A stretch of DNA of 50,812 nucleotides from Octopus bimaculoides (taxonomy: Eukaryota). The stretch covers positions 60,013,648 through 60,064,459 of the forward strand of contig NC_068982.1 of assembly GCF_001194135.2 (NCBI RefSeq). The letters run 5' to 3'. Under the pieces are notes generated by a model. That model did no database searches. It had not been told where the DNA came from and saw only the letters and a program-made list of their open reading frames with translations. Positions 37,836 to 48,740 of this stretch are shown one piece after another; position 1 is the first letter of the stretch, and the number at the start of each line of letters is the position of its first letter. The translations under genes were made by a program, and so were the position numbers.

Positions 37836-38265
37836 TTTTACGCTTTTACTCGTTTCAGTCATTTGACTGCAGCCATGCAAGAGCATCACCTCAAAGGGCT
37901 TTATTAGATAAAGAAATCGACCCCAGGACTTATTCTTTGTAAGCCTAGATCTTATTCTATCGGTCTCTTTTGTCAAATCACTAAGTATATGGGGACATAA
38001 ACACACCATCATTTGTCAAGCAATGGTGGTGGGGACAAACACAGACACAAAGACACACTCACATAGATATATTATATATATATATATATATATATGTATA
38101 CACACTCACACACACACACAACGGGCCTCTTTCAGTTTCCATTTACCAAAATGCATTCACATGGTTTTGGTCGGCTTGAGGCTATAGTAGAAAACACTTG
38201 TCCAGTAGACCTGATCGTGGGACCATGCGGTGGTGAAGCAAGCTTACTTACCACACAGCCATGCC
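37836..38265 (-). mobile_element. SINE family A
   Basis: Collinear with 14658-15167, more diverged. Confidence 0.88.
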
Positions 38266-38274
38266 TATATATAA

Positions 38275-38480
38275 ATTCTTGGAAACATTCTACAGTATGT
38301 CCAATTCCCAAGAAAGGAAACCCCAACTGGTTTTCTCATCCATTACCCTATCACACTCACATCCAACTTCTCAAAGATGGTAATCATCCTTGATAGCAAA
38401 CAACCTTCTTTGTTCCTGTTTAATGATGACCAGCTGGCCTTCATGAAGAAAGTAGTAACTATTCCATGTAGACGCATTGA
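38275..38480 (+). mobile_element. Continuation of the CR1-group LINE: start of the RT domain
   Basis: SWKHSTVCPIPKKGNPN then frameshifted YPITLTSNFSKMV..LFNDDQLAF matches WKxAxVxPIPKKG..YRPISLTSxxSK..QxGF. Confidence 0.8.
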
Positions 38481-38754
38481 CAGAGAAAAAGTGCACTCTT
38501 AGACTACTAGCTAAGTAACTGCTGACCAATAAAGTAATGTTCTCAAATTCTTGTCTTTGTGACCTACTGATACAAAGTTGTGCATGATCCCCTGTATAAT
38601 AATAAATATACAAAATAATATTTTGATCCAGTTGATATCACCGAGGGATTTTAAATGATAAAAGTGATATAAACATAATATTGAAGTACAAAATATTTAT
38701 ACAATATCTCTCATAACCTATTGTAAACACTTTAAATGAAATGTTCTCAAAAAA

Positions 38755-38788
<34 letters not shown>

Positions 38789-40165
38789 TAGAAAATTGAT
38801 AAATCTCTTCAGATTATTAAGTGATGCATATCTAAATTTCCAAGGATATAAAGACAAATATAATTTGAAATTATTTATCTGCAAATCAAAATAGAAAAGA
38901 AAATGTAATGTTAGAAGTACCAACTGAGATATTTTAAATATTAACAAAGAAAACAAACCACTTAAGTATTGTTGACACGGGTTTATGTCATTATGTCTAA
39001 GTCTTCTTTGAAGTTGCAAAATATTCTGCATCTACTCTTACAGTGTGTAATTTTTCAAAAGCAGCTACTACTACTACTACTACTACTACTACAATAATAA
39101 TAATGCTGGTGGTGGTGGTGGTGGTGGTGGTGGTAAATATTTATGCAAAGAATTTAAATAGTCTGTCATTGACTCTTCAAATGTCTTGTTAGCAAGCTGT
39201 AATGCAGAAATTTGTAAATATCGTTTTAGTTCTACAAATAGGAACTTTCAAACATATTTATAAAACAAATTTACCACATGGGGACAATTTAGTGACAAGA
39301 GATTGGTTACACATACTGATGCTGAACACAGTGGAATGTGAGACAAAAAAAAAAGAGAAAAATGAATAATTGAATAAAAAACCCCACATAACTGAATGGT
39401 TTAACTAGGCTTTTAAAATGGAGACAATCTATTACCAAGATGACTCGGTTGTAAAGGTATACGTTAATTCATATGATCATTGATGCTTTTTGGTTTCTAC
39501 TGCAAAAGCCTACATGCAAGTAAAGAATAGTTCTGTGATTAGGTACCAAAGTTAGTGTCTAATATACAGAGGTTTTTTTTTCCATAGAATCCAGAGTATT
39601 TTCAGAGGAAAATACGACTGACATATTTTGAGATAGATAACAAAGTAAACCGTTCAAAAGAAGTGAAACACATCACCAAATGGGATAAAGAAAAGTGAAT
39701 AAAAGTATTCAGTAAGTAGTACAAATTATAAACAAGCAAAGCAAAAAAAAGTATTAAGTTTCTAGACTCAGAACTGTTTTATAAAGTAAATTCAATTGTC
39801 TAATGGAATACAACAATAGCAATAACAATAATAATAATAGTAGTAATAATGATAATAATAATAACAATCCAGTATCATTCTAAATGTTCGGCATTCTTCT
39901 CCAGGAGCCTTACTTCCTTGGTTCACTTCTTGAATAACATTCCATTGCCATCTTGTTGATCTCTTTTTTCCATTTAACTTTTCTACACAGCAGTAACAGG
40001 ATGATGATCGACCTCCTACCTTCCTACCAGCTGAGAAATCTTCAGTAGAGACTCCAGTCTCATTCATGTCATTTTTGTTTAAATTTAAGTTTGACACTAT
40101 ATATTCCTATAAGGATAGTGACTTCGAAGTTACACTACTACCAGTGCTTTTTATTATCTTTTTGT

Positions 40166-40585
40166 CATCATCATCATCATCATCATCCTCATTTAACCCT
40201 TTAGTATTCAAACGGGCCATATCTGGCCCAAATGTTTGATCTGTTATTCTGTTCAAACTGGTCCGATCTGGCCTCTCACACCTACCCTACGATGTCACTT
40301 TAAACATAAACAATCACATTATCAAAATCTCAAAGCTATGAGATAATGCATGATTAATTCAAAATAATGTGGATAAATAAGCATTAGAGTTGATGGATTA
40401 ATCCGAATGCTAAAGGGTTAACATCTCTTTTTCCATGCTGGCATGAGTTAGAGGATTTGATATGAACTGAGAAACCAGAGGACTGTGCCAAGCTACAATG
40501 CATGGTTTTAACAGGTGGATGCTCTTCCTATTGCCAACCACTTTACAGAGTGCATTGGGTGATTTTTGTGGCACCACTGCTTGTA
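40166..40585 (-). mobile_element. RTE-type 3' end interrupted by a MITE
   Basis: (CAT)n..TTTAA | MITE | TTAACATC..TTTCCATGCTGGCATG..GGATGCTCTTCCTATTGCCAACC. Confidence 0.8.
40197..40417. mobile_element. piggyBac-type MITE
   Basis: TTAA TSD at 40193-40196 and 40418-40421; TIRs CCCTTTAGTATTC and GAATGCTAAAGGG (12/13 match). Confidence 0.88.
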
Positions 40586-40910
40586 AAGTCACTAATTACC
40601 AGTTGAGCACTGGAGTCAATGTTACTGACTTATTACCACCACCATCACCCTCAAATTCCTGGCTGTGTACCAAAATTTGAAAATATTATTTAAAGGTGGC
40701 AGAAGCATCATGATCTTACCAATTATCAATTTAGTCTTGGGAAGTGTGATGAAGAATTTGTGAGCAAGCCTTAGAAAACCAGACCTTAATCTGGGAGTGG
40801 ATGCAAAAGAGAAATTTATTTACAAAGAAAGAACAGAAATGAAATGTAGAAAAAAACTTTTGTACAAAGGTACACTCCGTCATCTTAAAAAATTAAGAAC
40901 ATTAGATGCC

Positions 40911-41312
40911 ATCATCATCATCATCATCATCAATCATCAACATTTAGCATCTGTTTTCCATGCTGGCATGGGTTGAATGGCTTAATAGGAACTGGCAAGG
41001 TCAGGCCCCCACTAGGTTCCATAATCTGTTTCGGCTTGGTTTCTATAGCTCAATACCCTTCCTGATGCCAACCAATGTACAGAGTGTACTGGGTGTTTTT
41101 TACATTGCACCAGCATCCACACCAATGCTTTTTTATATGTCACCTTGGTTTTAGGATCTCAGTTCTGTTGCGGAGAACAAGTCTTTTTGCATCACCTATC
41201 TCAGCCCTCTGTCATCTCCTTCATAAGGTTCAGTGTTTTGAGATCGACCTTCAATACTTCATTCTCTGTCTTCCTGTGTCTCCCTTTTCCACAACTTCCA
41301 TCCACTTTGAGT
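40911..41312 (-). mobile_element. RTE LINE 3' end (ORF terminus, UTR, tail)
   Basis: LKVDGSCGKGRHRKTENEVLKVDLKTLNLMKEMTEG matches the RTE GRGRPRKTW.EV..DL..L.L...M motif. Confidence 0.88.
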
Positions 41313-41550
41313 AATTGGTATTTAGAATATACCATGTCTAAGCCAAAAAAAAAAAAAAAACCCCAAAAAAGACTGGATGGCCAAGGATGGAACTTATTTA
41401 TCATATGTAGGTTGGGTTTATTTCACTTGAGACTAGATAACAAAAGCATCATTTAGATAGAACTTAAATGAATGATGATGCATAAACTAAATATAAACAT
41501 TTAACAATCAAGTAATTCTTAAAGAATTACTTGATTACTTGGTTCCAATT

Positions 41551-41771
41551 TCTCTTTTACTCTTTTACCCTTTTACTTGTTTCAGTCATTTGACTATGGC
41601 CATGTTGGAGCACTGCCTTTAGTCGAGAAAATCGACCCCAGGACTTATTCTTTTTAAGCCTATTACTTATTCTATCGGTCTCTTTTTGCCGAACTGCTAA
41701 GTCACGGAGACATAAACACACCAGCATCAGTTGTCAAGCGATGGTAGTGGGGGACCAATACAGATACACAA

Positions 41772-41840
<69 letters not shown>

Positions 41841-42010
41841 CATATATACAATGGGCTTCTTTCAGTTTCCACCTACCAAATCCACTCACAAGGCTTTGGT
41901 CGGCCCGAGGCTATAGTAGAAGACACTTGCCCAAGGTGCCATGCAGTGGGACTGAACCCGGAACCATGTGGTTGGTAAGCAAGCTACTTACCACACAGCC
42001 ACTCCTGCCC
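41551..42010 (-). mobile_element. SINE family A, full length
   Basis: Very similar to 14658-15167. Confidence 0.93.
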
Positions 42011-42898
42011 ATTTAAAATGAATTTAGATCAATCTACTCTTGAATAGATGCTGTCTGTCCTAGCTCAGGTAACCTTCTAGCATGATATGTTGGAATGACA
42101 GAATGAAGAGAGTCATATGAAATTAAATATCCAAATATGAAATGAACTGCCTGCAGCAGATTAGAAATCAAGGCCAGTGACTTGATAGTACAATACTATT
42201 GCTTCTCAGTCATGCTACTCCTACCAACAAACAGTATGGTTATGTTCTAATATCATAACTGATCATAAAGCTATTATTATTCTTTATGCTAGTCATTATG
42301 TATGCTGGAGGTGAGCTAATCAATATTCATAAGCTTCAATATTAAACTATTGCAAAGAACTCTCATAAAAATGAAAGAAAGCAGGCAGCAGTAAAATATC
42401 TTTAAAAATAAATCAAAACTAATTCAAACAGAATAAAGATCTTCAAAATGTTAAACTAAACTTCTCTTAATGAATACCTGCAACTTTAGAGTGTATGCAT
42501 GTGTACATGTATGTGTCTGTGTGTGTATGTCACAAAGAGACAATTTACTCACGCATATAAAAGAATGTTTATGAAAATCTGCAGTCTCCAAATCTCAAAG
42601 TGAGTGTGTGCGTGTGTGTATGTGAGAGAGGGAGAGAAAGAGAGTGAGAGTATGTTAAGTGACACAAACATTACCATTTCAAAAGTAAATTCAACTTGAA
42701 CACTTAATTATTAAAGACATATCTTCCGATAAGAAACATTGGTTTTATTTAGTTTTTTATAAATAATTTAAAGGCCTTTATGAAAGTTAGCTAATTCAAT
42801 AATGTCAATACTTTGAGGTAAATAACAAAATTATGTTGGAAAATACAATAAAGAGAACAGATCTGAGATTCACTGCTTTGTTTGTTTCATATACATAC

Positions 42899-42947
<49 letters not shown>

Positions 42948-44068
42948 NNNNNNNNNNNNNNNNNNNNNNNNNNNNNNNNNNNNNNNNNNNNNNNNNNNNN
43001 NNNNNNNNNNNNNNNNNNNNNNNNNNNNNNNNNNNNNNNNNNNNNNNNNNNNNNNNNNNNNNNNNNNNNNNNNNNNNNNNNNNNNNNNNNNNNNNNNNNN
43101 NNNNNNNNNNNNNNNNNNNNNNNNNNNNNNNNNNNNNNNNNNNNNNNNNNNNNNNNNNNNNNNNNNNNNNNNNNNNNNNNNNNNNNNNNNNNNNNNNNNN
43201 NNATATTCATATTTCAGATAGATAAAAATTGCTTTGAAGTAAAAAATAATTTTAAACTATGAAGAGAAAAATAATAAAAATTGAGTTTATTCCATCAGGA
43301 AAAGTTTCAACTAACAATTGTTGACACTTTGAACTAAAAATTGCAAATAAATGCAGAAATTAGCTAAGTATGGAAACGTATTCCTTGAAGTTTGAAAAAT
43401 AAAAAGAAGCAAGAAACACAATATTACCCTTGTGCATATATATGTGTATGAGTGCATGCACATGGTTTACCTGGAAAAGAAAAATATTAATATAAATTTG
43501 GCAAAGATTAAAGTACAATGTATTTTAATAACAGAGAAAATATATTTAATAACTCAAAATATTTAAATACAAAGGATTGCATATGAAAATGAAAAATCTC
43601 TAAATTTACTTAAGAATTATGTAATATTTTTTCTTCTTTCAAGTCTTTCTTAAAATATAGTCTTTTTATCCCCCCTGGATGATTCACTTCAATCTTTATT
43701 TTTTACCTATGACTATTATGACTATATGGTTAAGTAACTAAATTATCAAAGCATTGATACTTATATATGACAAACTAAATGCTGATCTATACATGTTCAA
43801 TCACCCCACAAGATTCTAAGACACATTCACAAAGAAAGCATATTATAACTTTTTTTCTGGGAATTTTTTTCTGAGAATTTTTTTACTGGGAATTTTCTGA
43901 GAAGCAAAAGTTAGTTGTAGAGATGTGAAGAGACATGATGTTCAGTTCACTAGGTAGGATGAAGATAAGAGAAATTAATGTTTTAACTAAGTATTCCCTC
44001 ATTTAGGTGCAAGGTTTCCTTCAGCAAAAAGAAAACAATGTCTCATGTTGCAGTAAAAAGCTACTAAA

Positions 44069-44190
44069 TATGAGGTGATATTAAAAGGCCCCTGGACTAG
44101 TTATGTTCAATAAAAAAATAACTTATTTGCCTAAGTTTTAACATCATCTCCTTTGTAATAATCACCTTGCACAGTAGTACACCAATTCGC
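44069..44190. mobile_element. Mariner-like terminal fragment
   Basis: TATGAGGTGATATTAAAAGGCCCCTGGACTAG resembles a TACGAG..AAAAGTTCC TIR; no partner end found. Confidence 0.45.
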
Positions 44191-44279
44191 TCTGGATCTT
44201 GACAACAGTGTTAAAATGTCAGCCTTTGAGCTGCATTTTCATCTTGCATATCTCGTTTGGACCACCAAGAGCTGCAGTT

Positions 44280-44637
44280 AAGTTCTGATCTTTTGAGGCC
44301 TTAGATTTGCAGACATTCCGGCATACATTGCATTGAAAGGTGTGCATAGACATATGAGCAAAATAGTTGATGGAAGTTCATTTTCCATGGGTTTGCAAAT
44401 GAGATTTGAAACCAGCAAAAGAAAGGCATGATCTGTCACAAACTGTGCACACAAAAAGGTCATTGTGATTTACCTTTTTGATCGTAACATTCTTCTTTAA
44501 ATCTGGCTTGAGTCATGCATGCATTATCCTGGCCTCTTCAAATGCTTTCACTTCACTCCACTCCACACTTTTGTTCGCCATCCAGCTCGATCCAAAGCAA
44601 GAGTTTCTATGTCCTCTGGACTCATTCCAAGTGACAC
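44280..44637 (-). mobile_element. Second RTE-type LINE C-terminus with C2H2-like fingers
   Basis: GMSPEDIETLALDRAGWRTKVWSGV, 5-nt duplication, KAFEEARIMHA*LK..FVCTVCDRSCLSFAGFKSHLQTH*..FQCNVCRNVCKSKA. DRxxWR and AFEExR are recalled RTE C-terminal motifs. Confidence 0.75.
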
Positions 44638-44647
44638 ACATATATAT

Positions 44648-44861
44648 TGGTTTCAAATTTTGTCCCAAAGCCAGCAGTTATGGGGGAGGGAATAAGTCAT
44701 TTACATCAACCCCCAGTGCTCAGCTTGTAGTTATTTCATTGACCCCCAAAAGAATGAAAGGCAAAGTCAACCTTAGTGGAATTTGAACTCGGAATATAAT
44801 CACAAGCGAAATGCTGCTAAGCATTTTGCCCAGCATGCTAACAATTCTATCAGCTCTCCTT
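44648..44861 (-). mobile_element. SINE family C
   Basis: Reverse-complement homolog of 11244-11450. Confidence 0.85.
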
Positions 44862-45241
44862 GTGTGTGTGTGTGTGTGTGCAAACATACACACACATACA
44901 TATATATGCAAATGTACATATGCATACACACACACACACATATATATATATATACATACATGCACATACATATATACATATATATGTATGTGTGTGTGTG
45001 TGTGTGTGTACGTGTGCGTGTGAACATACATATGCATACATACAATTATGTGCGCAAATATATGCCTATAGTTCTATGCACATGCTCATACATGAGCAGA
45101 TATAAACAAGCATACGTAAGCAGGCATATGTGCATATGCACTTAAATCTCTCTTACAAATTTGGAGGTGAGGGGCAGGTTGGAATGGTAATATGATTCAA
45201 TTAGAATTGCATGACTAGATGGCTGTCTGAGAAAATTTCCT

Positions 45242-46450
45242 ACAGAAATTTAATGTTATTTGTTTATTGTTAGAGAACCCTTATATTTAATACCTGTAAG
45301 AAAGATAGAGTGATAGAGATGCATCCAAAATATCACAGAAAGAAACAGAGAAATCAGACAAAGAGATGGATGGGGGGGGGGGGGGGCCTGAGGGACCAAA
45401 GAAAATTTTAACACAATTATACAGCTACATATATAAGAAACAAAGTTGGAGAGGCTGAAGAGAATAGAATAATTTAGTTCACTTAGCTAGCTTTAGTTCC
45501 AGTAGCAACCCAGAACACTGGCTCAACTGCTACAAAGTAAACTGAGACCATGTGCTAACTCCTTTCCTATCGTAATATCCTGGGACCCAGAAGAATATGA
45601 GAGTCTATAAGTGTAGGAAGAACTATCTACCATTTTACTAACATCATCATCATCATGAATATGAAGAGAGATGGAAGAACTATTAACCCTATACTATCAT
45701 CACTATCATGGAGGCGCAATGGCCCAGTGGTTAGAGCAGTGGACTCACGGTCATAGGATCACAGTTTTGATTCCCAGACCGGGCATTGTGAGTGTTTATT
45801 GAGCGAAAACACCAAAAGCTCCACGAGGCTCTGGCAGGGGATGGTGGTGAACCCTGCTGTACTCTTTCACCACAACTTTCTCTCACTCTTACTTCCTGTT
45901 TCTGTTGTGCCTGTAATTCAAAGGGTCAGCCTTGTCACACTGCATTACACTGAATATCCCCGAGAACTACGTTAAGGGTACACGTGTCTGTGGAGTGCTC
46001 AGCCACTTGCACGTTAATTTCACGAGCAGGCTGTTCCGTTGATCGGATCAACTGGAACCCTTGACGTCATAAGCGACAGAGAGCCAACAACAACAACAAT
46101 CATCACTATCATCAGTGAGATCCCAGGACTAGCACATCTCCCAAATATATCCAGTATATATATATTGAGATCACACAGCTAGATGGTACTCTATGAAAAT
46201 TACTGACAGAAATTTAAAGTTATTTGCCAATCAATAGAGAACCCCTATATTTAGTGCTTGTAAGAGAGATAAAGATATCTCCATGATATCATAGAGAGAG
46301 AAAGAGTGGTGATAGTATTAATATCCAGAAGAAAGAATTTTGATTGTAAGATTGGTGGTGTGGGGGGGGGGCTATAGGGACCGAAGGAAATTTTAACGCA
46401 ATTATACAGCCACATATATAAGAAGCAATAACAAAATTGGAAAGGTTAAA

Positions 46451-46452
<2 letters not shown>
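45242..46452. repeat. Diverged direct repeat pair (45242-45460 and 46206-46452)
   Basis: Shared blocks ACAGAAATTTAA.GTTATTTG..AGAGAACCC.TATATTTA..TGTAAGA.AGATA.AG and poly-G..AGGGACC.AAG.AAATTTTAAC.CAATTATACAGC.ACATATATAAGAA. Confidence 0.8.
45710..46098 (+). mobile_element. Full-length SINE (family B-related) with a 14-bp TSD
   Basis: A box TGGCCCAGTGG, B-box-like GTTTTGATTCC, (CAA)n tail; TSD ATCATCACTATCAT at 45696-45709 and 46099-46112. Confidence 0.93.
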
Positions 46453-46486
<34 letters not shown>

Positions 46487-47490
46487 TAATAATAAGTGTG
46501 ATACTGTTTTAAATAAAGAACATAATACATCAGTTTTCTTTTCTGATATTTGTTTTATTATATTTACTTTTGTGCAACTCGTATTTCTTAATGTTTTGAA
46601 ACTCAAGAGAAACAAAGACATTCTTGAGAGATATTTTTCAATTCACAGCAAATTTGTTTTACTTCTATTATAATTTTCTATATTGAGATATCACTTTACA
46701 ATCTTAATAGTCTTCAGATCTAACGATTCATTTCAAAGACAGTAACTATCTGCTTAGATAGCAGCTATTAACAAAAACTGAATGCTGTCATGTCAGATGA
46801 AGACTTCCTTTTGATTATATGATAACACAATCTGACACTTACAGATTCAAATGAAGTGACAGCAGTTGCTGATGACAACAACTTTGGCAAGGTTAATTCT
46901 TTGTCTCTCTCTGTTGCATCTAAAATTTCTTCACCTTTTTCTAATTCTAGATATTACTTAGGCAAAGGATTGATTCAGGAAGCGTGTGCAATTGAGAACA
47001 TAAAAAAAGATTATTTTTGAAATAAATATGTTGCTAAATTTAAAACTAAAACAGAGGTAGACATTTTAGTAGAGTAAATATTATGATACATTTGCCAGAA
47101 AATGGTCCAACATCTTTCTTCTAACATAGGAACCAAGTTATAACATTAATTTCAAAAGATAGTTTTAAACTTGCATTTATGTGTTTGTTTTGCAAGATTC
47201 TTGATAAGAAATTGTATGTTGAAACAAATATTGTTATATTTGGAGATGGTCATACTTTGTCAATTAAATATGAGCATGATATGTTTGGTCTTCACTTCAG
47301 CTTTATTATTTTAGTTTCTTTGTCTAAGCTCTTATGACCTCATCAGTGACTCTTTATCCCATGTGTCTCCTCTTGTTTTGCTTAGTTCAACAAAAATAAC
47401 AATTATAATAAAGCTGAAATAAAAATCAAACATATAATGCAGGTGTTTAATTGGTAAAATATGACCATCCCAAGCAATAAGTTTTTAAAT

Positions 47491-47746
47491 TATTCTTTTA
47501 TTTTCTTACTTGTTTCAGCAATTCGACTGCAGCCATGCTGGAGCACTGCCTTAAAGGGTTTTAGTTAAACAAATCACTCCTAGGACTTATTCTTCGTAAG
47601 CCTAGTACTTATTCTATCAATCTCTTTTGCTGAACTACTAAGTTACTAGGACATAAACACACCAATATCAAGCTATACTGGGAAGACAAACAGACAGAAA
47701 GACACACGCACATAAATACATATGTGTATTGTGTATGTGTGTGTGT

Positions 47747-47782
<36 letters not shown>

Positions 47783-47878
47783 GCTTCCTTCTGGAGCCAT
47801 CAGTTGTCAAGTGATGGAGGGAGAACAAACACAGACACACACAAATATATACATATCTATACATATATATATATATAT

Positions 47879-47909
<31 letters not shown>

Positions 47910-48070
47910 TATGATGGGCTTCTTTCAGTTTCCATCTACCAAATCTACTCACAGGGCTTTGGTCGGCCTGAGGCTATAGTAGAAGGCCTTTGCCCAAGGT
48001 GCCACGCAATAGGACTGAACTCAGAACTATGTCATTGGGAAGCAAGCTTCTTACCACATGGCTGCTCCTA
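47491..48070 (-). mobile_element. SINE family A with an internal duplication/insertion
   Basis: Collinear with the family, but the ACAAACA(C)AGAC module appears twice with a TG run between. Confidence 0.85.
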
Positions 48071-48326
48071 TGGATATTTCCCTTCCTTTTCACTGCATAC
48101 TGTGTATACTTTCTCTTTTTTTTTTGTTTATTTGTTTATTTTATCATTTCATGATATGCACACACCCACACTTTATGTCAGGTTTGTATAATCCTTTTCA
48201 TCCTTTGCCCTGGTGTCAAATAAATGAAATCATTATTATTATTGCTATTATTAATTATTGTTATTATTATTATTATTATCATTAGTCTCCTTGACTTGAT
48301 ATCACATGATAATTGTAAATGCTAGT

Positions 48327-48515
48327 CACTGTCATAGAGCAGTGGCCTTAGTTTCCAATTTTTCCCGAAGACATGTCTGGCTATGAGGAAGTACAACCTT
48401 TTTTTGGAAACAGTTGAGTGTTGGCAACCAGAAGAGCATCTGGCCATAGAAAATTTGCCTCAACAAATTTTGTCTGACCTGTGCAAACATGGGAAAGTGG
48501 ATGTGATGATGATGA
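48327..48515 (+). mobile_element. Family E retroposon
   Basis: TTGGCAAC.AGAAGAGCATCTGGCCATAGAAAAT..CATGGGAAAGTGGATG followed by (GAT)n. Confidence 0.7.
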
Positions 48516-48740
48516 GAGGGTGAGGAGAGGAGAGGGTGAGGGAAGGGGTGGGNNNNNNNNNNNNNNNNNNNNNNNNNNNNNNNNNNNNNNNNNNNNNNNN
48601 NNNNNNNNNNNNNNNNNNNNNNNNNNNNNNNNNNNNNNNNNNNNNNNNNNNAGGAGGACGAGGAGGAGGTCGAGGAGGAGGAGGACGGGGAAGAGGAGGA
48701 GGAGGAGGACAAGGACGAGGAGGAGGATGAGGAGGACCTA
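48515..48740. repeat. (GGA)n-rich polypurine tract with a gap
   Basis: Directly visible. Confidence 0.9.

Noticed and set aside
40000-40160. DDDRPPTF open frame resembling a cadherin NDNxPxF motif
   Set aside because: No other cadherin motifs, no donor site, and the frame runs into a CAT repeat.
45211-45225. TGACTAGAT (miR-279-like start), also near 31070
   Set aside because: Match ends after 9-10 nt and there is no hairpin.
46835-46881. Possible exon DSNEVTAVADDNNFGK
   Set aside because: Poor pyrimidine tract and weak GTTAAT donor.
47290-47355. Minus-strand CUGAUGA-GGUC..GAC-AAA-GAAAC
   Set aside because: Extra bases before GAAA, and no valid stem III, NUH or stem I. At best a badly decayed hammerhead.
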